NCBI GenBank assembly: GCA_027604505.1
Contig: JADIIX010000077.1
Location: 1 to 64,000, forward strand
Length of the DNA: 64,000 bases
Source: Gonapodya sp. JEL0774
Taxonomy: Eukaryota
Direction of reading: 5' to 3'
Numbering within the stretch: position 1 is the first letter of the stretch; each line of letters starts with the position of its first letter. Made by a program: the position numbers and the translations under genes. The notes below the pieces were generated by a model, which ran no database searches, had not been told where the DNA came from, and worked only from the letters and a program-made list of their open reading frames with translations. Shown here in pieces: positions 56,835 to 64,000 of the stretch.

Positions 56835-58343
56835 ATGCCAGTCGCCGTGTCGCTCGAATCCAATCGCAAGGAGTATGGTCTCACAGTAGGAACCCGGCTC
56901 GGGCCCGATCCTCCTCTGAAAACTGTCCTGCAAACTGTCACCACAGCAGCAGGTCTCCACACGATAGCTTCCTTTGTGGAGCCACTCCCTCCCTCTGTAG
57001 ATTCCAGCTTTGCTTGGCGAGGAAACGGTGCTGATGGATTGGAAGCGCGCAGCGAATTATGGACACGTACGGTGACGAACGCGGAAATCGAAGAAGTTGA
57101 GGCAGCAGCGGAAAGGTTTGCGGCGTCAGGCAAGAAGCTCGTGGATTTGACCAAGGAAGACTTCCCGATACCAAGTAAGAGCGCTTTGGGTTCAGTGGGG
57201 AGCTCTGAGCAATTCTGTTCTCATCACATATGTTCGTTCAAACCAGAGCTGTCGAACGCTATTAAAGATATTACACGCACAGTCAACGATGAACTCGGAT
57301 TCTTTCTCCTGAAAGGATTTCCTGTAAAATCTTGGACGCGTGAGCAATCGGCTATCATCTTTATCGGCATCGGAGCCCACATTGGTGATCTCGTCCCACA
57401 GAACAAAAAAGGTCACATTCTCGGCGTATGTATGGCTCACTCCCCTCTCGATTGTGCCCGGAACAAAAACATATCTCATGTTTTCTGTAAAGCACGTCAA
57501 AGATTTGAAGGTGGACCCGAATGCCCCAGCCACCAGGCGGTACATGACAAACGCACGGCAAGGCTTCCACACCGATGAATGTGATATTGTGTCCTTGCTT
57601 TGTGTCGAGACGGTGCGTATCTTCGAGAATCTCGGCTCTGCTTGGGCACTTTTTGATCCCCTGTCCAGGCACCAGAAGGCGGCGAGTCAATGGTAGCGAG
57701 CTCCACCACAGTGTACAATGAACTTCAGAAAAGATATGCTGAACTCGTGCCTGTTCTATTCGCTCCTTGGTACTGGGACCGTAAGGTTTGTTGCCACATC
57801 TCCCAGCCCCATAAATGAACACGAATTGCTTATGTTAGCTTTCCCGTAGAACGAGGAAAACTCGGAACAAACGCCCTTCTTTGTCGCTCCAGTCTACACG
57901 TGGCATGCACAACGTCTCTTATCTTTCTTTGTTCCTTATTTTGCCACGACCACGTCGCGGCACGAAGGTGTACCACCATTATCGGAGGAACAGAAAATGG
58001 CAATGCAGAGGCTCGAAGAAATCTGCGAGGAGGTGGCTTTAAGAATGAGACTGGAGCCTGGTGATATTCAGGTGGAGTTTTTCGGTTTGATACGGGGAAG
58101 CGTTGATGATACTGATGTGCGTGTCACCTCTGTGCAATGTCCCAGTTTGTCAACAATCACCCCATTTTCCACGACCGCCTTGCCTGGCGTGACTCTCCCA
58201 CTCAAGTTCGCCACCTTTTCCGTCTCTGGATCTCTACTGGAGGTCACGGTGGGTGGGATCTGCCCCACTATGGCCAACAACAGCGAATGGGTTTTATGGG
58301 GGTTGAGCGGAGCCTGCCGCTTGAAGCGGAGATCGGCCAATAG
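56835..58343 (+). CDS. TauD/TfdA (clavaminate synthase-like) Fe(II)/2-oxoglutarate dioxygenase
   Basis: PQNKKGHILGHVKD, FHTDECDIVSLLC (HxD), LEPGDIQFVNNHPIFHDR and RHLFRLW. Confidence 0.92.
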
Positions 58344-58542
58344 AATTTTGTAACACAAGCTATTGTTAAGTTATGCAAATTATACATATTAGAGAAGGGA
58401 GCTACCTGGGATACAGATATTTCCGCATGGCATGTATGACAAACAATTTCCGCCGGGCATGGTAGTATGAGCCATTGGGAGACTCCACACCCAAATTTGT
58501 TTCCGCTTTTGAAACTGTATACACCCACATTAAATCTCGAAG

Positions 58543-59438
58543 ATGGCACCGACTGCGCCTCTCAACATCGTCAGCATCCTCGGCTCTATTCGTCCGAATC
58601 GCGTGGGGATCTCTGTTGCAAATTACGTTAACAAGATCGTAGTTGAGCGCGGTGACTAGCACAAGATTTCAGAATTTGTTTGAAGCATATGACAACTCAC
58701 GATTTTGATTTCTCCTTTTGGCCAAACCATCTCGCCGGATCCCATTACGGAATCTTTCAAAAGGACATTCTCTCACCTTCGTGGACCCCGCGGAACCACA
58801 CTATGAGCTTCCACTTCTCAAAAAAAGATTCATTGACTATAAAGATGGCGAGGAAGGTACGCTGATTTTATTGTACGCAGAGCATATTTGATGTCGACTC
58901 TCATACCGAGTCTCCCTGCAGTCCCGGAGAATCTGAAACGTTTGCAGGCCATATTTCACGCAGCAGATGCGTTTATTCTCATTTCCCCAGAGTACAATGC
59001 CAACACATCGCCAGTTTTGGCGAACATCCTGGATCATTTTAACAATGAGTGAGTGAACGCAAATGAATTATTGTATCCAAGACGACCTGAACCTGCACCG
59101 TTGCAATGTGAAATAGATACAAACGCAAAGTCACAGCCATTTGCAACTACTCCGTGTCTTTTGCTGCCGGTCGGCTTGGAGGTAAGTCTGCGTTCACTAC
59201 AGAGTGAACCGAGTTGATCAGTGAATTTGACTCAAAAGGAAATAACCTCCGCGCAATGAGTGCAATGCTGGAGATGATCACAGTCCCAATGGCCCATTCT
59301 TGGCCAAATGTGGGATCCAACACGTTCGATGAGAACGGTGTCCCCAGAGATGCTGGTTGGATCTCCCGAACGGAGAAGTTCGTATCAGAAGTAGAGCTCT
59401 ATGGAAGTCTAATGAAGAGTGCCCGGACTGGACATTAG
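58543..59438 (+). CDS. NADPH-dependent FMN reductase (flavodoxin-like)
   Basis: ILGSIRPNRVG and ADAFILISPEYN...LANILDH; 5 exons. Confidence 0.9.
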
Positions 59439-59664
59439 GGGATTTGCCCCATCCCCATCGCCTATGAACGACGGTTGACAACACATGTCAACCGAGTCTC
59501 AAAATATATGGAAAACTCGGGCGAGCTGGAGATGTGAAATCTCATTATACTGGTCGGTAGGCCCCACAACATGATGTATGTATAGCGTTGCTACCATAAC
59601 AGAATAGTCATACTTCTTCGTCACGCCGCGGTGTTGGGGTAGCCGGCTGGCCTTGCCTAAAACG

Positions 59665-62107
59665 ATGATCACCAAACCTAGCAGAATGGATCCTACGGCA
59701 ATTGAAAAGAAACCCCTGACCTCAGATGAATCTGTCCCGTACACTCTGCGGCATCTTCAGGCTCCGACAGCAAGCGGGTACACACTGCGAGCTCTGGTGT
59801 TTCTGATGGAATACTTTGGGAAGCAGTCTGGACTGGCATCATTCCTCACTGAACCCACCGGATTGTTCAGCTTGAGAGGACGAAGTTTTCCTTATCCTCC
59901 CACTCACTTACCTGTGGTGAAAGACTATCCCAAATCTCTGCACGTTGCACCATATAGCATGGTCATTTCCAAGGACCCTGTTGGGTCGGAGCTTCCTTCA
60001 AAAGCACTACTTTCGTCACTCTCTCGCTACACTACGCCAACCATAGTGGTGGATGGAGGAAGGAGGCTCTCTTCTGGAAGCTTCGCCTTCCAATCTGCAC
60101 GTGATTATTACGAAGCGTATTTCACAAAGCGGACGGATCCAGTCAAGGTCAGAATTGCATCAAACTCATAAGGAAAGCTGCACTGTTGCTGAACCTCCTC
60201 ATTTCAGGTCGCTGAGCGTCTCATCGCCCATATTTCGGCCTCGAACGCAAACTATCCACCGCTAAACTCCATCACGCAGCATAATCCGACTTTGATTCTC
60301 ACGCAAGCACAGGCTAGTTCCAAAAGGTGGGCGGAAGGCAAGCCACTTAGTGTGCTCGATGGCGTTCCTGTGGCGAGCAAAGAAGAGTCAGACGTGGAAG
60401 GGTGAGCACCACAATAGTACTCTTCACATCTCACTGTGTCTTATCTGCATTGGTGATACTAAAACTTATTTATATAGATACGAAACTCGAGTGGGCACGT
60501 CATTTTATGGCCGTGGAGAGCTGGCAATCGCGCATAACGCAGCGCTCGCGCGGCTGGCTGCAGCTGGTGCCATCGTTTTGGGGACAACAAACATGCATGA
60601 AATCGGTACGCTCGTGGCTGATCAAGCATATTCTTGTTGGTTGACAAGTTAGCTTGCACCGGTTTCAGGCTTTGACGTCAGCAACATCAATCCGAATTCC
60701 GGAACTGCGCGAAATCCCTACAATGTTCTTCACGTTACCGGGGGGAGCTCGGGCGGGTCTGCTTCGAGCGTTGCAAGTGGTTTGGCCGTAATCTCCGTGG
60801 GTGCAGGTATGTTCAGTTTCGAGAACACATGCAAACCGCATACACTTCCGTGACCAAAGTCGCGTATGTAGATGGTGGGGGATCACTCCGTATTCCTGCT
60901 TCTCACTGTGGTATCTACACCATCAAACCGTCCCATTCTCGAGTCCCCGCTGTGGGCTGGGTGCCCTTGGATGCCACCACTGCCCACGTAGGTCCCATGG
61001 CCGCCACCGCAACCGACCTGCTTTTGGGATATTCTTGTATGGCGGGGCCACACCCTGGTGACCAAGCGAGTCAAGGACTTCCAGATGTGCGGCTACCAAC
61101 ACCAGAAGCGTGGGCAAAAGCGGCTGATCCGGACAAGGGAATCCTTAAAGGTCTGCGTGTGGGAATTTTTTGGAAGTACTTCCGAGACGGCGATGTAGAG
61201 TATGTGAATAATGCCGAGCGTATGGTCATGGAAATGACAAAGAGGGGTGCGGAACTGGTTGAGATTGGAATTCCAGAGTTAGAGGATTTCCGGGTCGCGC
61301 ATTTGTTGGCGATTGGTGCCGAGATCACACAGGAGGCAGCGGCGATGATTGCGAGGACCAAGGAGAAAGAGGTAAGACACGATGGGCGCCGTAAAACTTG
61401 TCACTGACCGTTGCGATCGGTTTGCTCACAGCCAAACAGTACGCCATCATTCTCCCTGCCGAATCGTCTCACTCTAGCCATCCAAAACGCCTGCATGACC
61501 TCATCCGACTATGTTACCTCACTTCGCGTTCGCACGCAATGCATTCAACGCATGAAGGAGATTTTCGACAAGTGTGATGTCTTTGTGCTGCCCACAACTG
61601 CAGATGTTGCGCCAGGGGTGCCCGAGGACGGTGCTGGGGAGAAAGGCAGTACTGGTGTGAGCGATATGACCGTGAGCGGGGCGCACATGAGGTTTGTTTG
61701 TGAGTTATCTTCGGAATGCGTTGTGTTGTCCAAATTGGTTTTCAAGTTTGTTAATGGCCATTGTTGTTCTATGCTTTATCCTACCAGTTCTAGGTAACCT
61801 CTCGGGGATCCCAGTCATCTCCGTCCCTACGGGCTACCACCCGCCAAACCCCCCGGGCAAGTCTAACCTTCCAACAGGCTTGCAAGTTCATGCTCCGTGG
61901 TTCAGGGAAGATTTGCTCTTGCTAGTCGCCAAGGCATGCGAAGCAATTTTAGAAGATGGGTCCATGATGATGGAGGTTGGAAAGGCAGACTACGGGACGG
62001 AGAGAGAGGGAGGTGCTCATGGGGTGATGGAGAAGAAGGTGGAGAAGGTGGAAGGAGGCAGGGTAGTCAGGCGGAAACCTGATGTGTGGTTTGATGTGCT
62101 GGCGTGA
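59665..62107 (+). CDS. Amidase-signature enzyme, fatty acid amide hydrolase-like
   Basis: LDGVPVASKE, GTTNMHEIG, RNPYN...GGSSGGSA and GADGGGSLRIPASHCG (Ser-cisSer-Lys triad), plus NLSGIPVISVPTG. Confidence 0.92.
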
Positions 62108-62329
62108 TCCTCGCGTGACTTATATAATACTTTTTGCAACGATTTTGACAATAGCGATATCATATCTTCAAAACTCGCAATCAAGGCCCTGGTGATGAAT
62201 GAGAATACATTTATTGTTTGCATATTGCAGTACGTTGCATTACGAATGTTTACGTTTGGAGCGGGACGGGCAGAATCGGAGTAAATTAGGTACCACATCT
62301 CCGCAACTGTTACGAATTAGCGATTCACA

Positions 62330-63173
62330 ATGCTTACCGCCAAGATCGCTCTCTCTAGAGCTACATCTGCACGTTCCATCTCCCCTTCGCTTGCGGTGCT
62401 CCCCTGTGTCAACCTGAGCGCATGTCTGCGTCGTTACGATGCGCCCCGGGTAGTTGTTCGCACCACTTCTCAAGGGACGTACGCCAACGATGTAGTAGTG
62501 AGAAACAAGCACAATCTGATAGCAGATGAACCGGTGGACGTTGGGGGCCAGGAGTAAGTTGAGGTCAGTAATGCGATCCGACAAGGAAAGTGGTCTTACC
62601 AATCGGATTCAATTTCATGCTTCGCTTTTCGAAAAGCATTGGACCAAATCCTTACGATCTATTGCTGTCTTCGTTGGGGGCGTGCACGAACATGTGAGAG
62701 AATGGCGATACCGACGAACAATGCACATACTGTTCGATTGATTCGACTGAGGCACGACCACAAACGCCCTCTTTTGCGCTTCCTCGAATCAGCACCATCA
62801 CAATGTATGCTCGACGCAAGAAAATCCCCCTCTCCGGTGTCACCACCTCCCTGAGCCATTCCAAAGTGTACCGCGCCGACTGCGAGGCTTCGCACCAAGA
62901 TCCCCCTCCCGCAATACGGGTCAAAATTGATCGAATTGTGAGAGAGATAAAGCTCGAGGGCGAACTATCCGAGGAACAGAAGCAGGTGAGAATTCTTTAA
63001 TGGAGGGTCAGGGTGGGGTACACATCCCCGACTCTGGTGTCTCCATTGCTCTAAGGATGAATGACATCACCAACCGAATGTTGATCTAGGTCCTGATGAA
63101 AATCGCTGAAAAGTGCCCAGTATCAGAGACATTGAAACGCGAAAATGAGATCATCGGGAAGCTTGTCAATTAG
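62330..63173 (+). CDS. OsmC/YhfA-like protein with a probable mitochondrial presequence
   Basis: ADEPVDVGGQD|IGPNPYDLLLSSLGACT, MYARRK and IAEKCPVSETL (both Cys present); Arg/Ser-rich N-terminus. Confidence 0.9.
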
Positions 63174-63320
63174 ACAGTCACTCACCACAGGTGGTAAATC
63201 TTGTACATATTTGAAATGAATAATTTCTCCACTTGTGTACATAGGACCTGACAGTTGGTTAGAGTTTACTGCTGCAATGGCAGACCAACCTCGCTCCACA
63301 TCTCATTCCATTGTGAAAAC

Positions 63321-64000
63321 ATGTCCAAAACTGAATCCACTTCTCCAGTGCATAATGCCTTCTCCGCCTCCTTCTTCTGGATCTTCCCTTCCCTCCTCTC
63401 GGGCATTTTCGCGGCATCGGCCTCCCTCTTTTCGAAACTCGCACTGGTAGACTCTCAATCCGTCGCTTGGGTGGGCCACGTGGTAGTGCATGCTGCGTCG
63501 AGTTTGATTGGTACAGCTGGATGTGGGCAGGGTGCAGGTGGAGTGCGTGTGGTGTTTGATGAGGTGAAGGCGTTGCTGGAGGGGATTGTGCTATGGATTG
63601 GGAAGATGGGAATTCCGTTCGTCGGACGTCCTGAAGAAGTGAGAGTCTAGGCGTGGTCGAATTGTTCATTACTCGAGTTTTTGGGCCTGACAACGCGTAC
63701 GTCCCAATCGGCTCCCCCCCCGGGAACTCCACTCGGTACGCGGGCTAGTCCGTCGTCTCCCTCCTCCGCTTCCTCTCTTTCCTGCTCGTGCTTTTTTCCA
63801 ATGTGCTCATGTGGTGGGCTTTTACTCGTGCTCTCGGTCGGGCACCGAGCTCGATGCATGCCACCGTGGTGAACTCGGCATGTAACATGGTCATGACGGT
63901 GAGCGACTCCCGCGAACATAGAGGCTCCCTATTTTGGGATTCATGAGGGTTTATCTGTTGGCTTTGTTGATAGGCCGTACTTTCCAGGCTTGTGTTTGGA
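63321..64000 (+). CDS. TMEM42-like (EamA/DMT) membrane protein, truncated by the window end
   Basis: SGIFAASASLFSKLA, NVLMWWAFTRAL...ATVVNSACNMVMT|AVLSRLVFG across GT-AG introns. Confidence 0.78.

Overview
Intron-rich eukaryotic DNA that reads as a fungus, probably a flagellated early-diverging (chytrid/monoblepharid-type) one. That placement is an inference from short GT-AG introns, fungal-type genes and a PTPDC1-like phosphatase. All gene models were spliced by eye, with no database searches. From left to right: the 5' end of a degenerate Ty1/Copia retrotransposon; three paralogous kinase-less, plant-type LRR single-pass receptors with unrelated repeat-rich cytoplasmic tails; a Zn-alcohol dehydrogenase; three tandem aldo-keto reductases (with conserved 3-nt and 4-nt microexons, and a third copy broken by a 150-bp inversion and frameshifts); three paralogous split-ankyrin/coiled-coil/SH3 genes and a fourth SH3 gene; an orphan membrane protein; a GPI-type alginate-lyase-family gene; a 55-aa membrane micropeptide; an MDR oxidoreductase; an orphan coiled-coil gene; PTPDC1; tRNA-Gly(CCC); an RmlD/MAT2B-like gene; BNA1; a methyltransferase-like ORF; Acinus; and TauD, FMN reductase, amidase, OsmC and TMEM42-like genes. 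The best candidate for an undescribed system is the LRR receptor family together with the ankyrin-SH3 adaptor family. A functional link between those two families is only a hypothesis.
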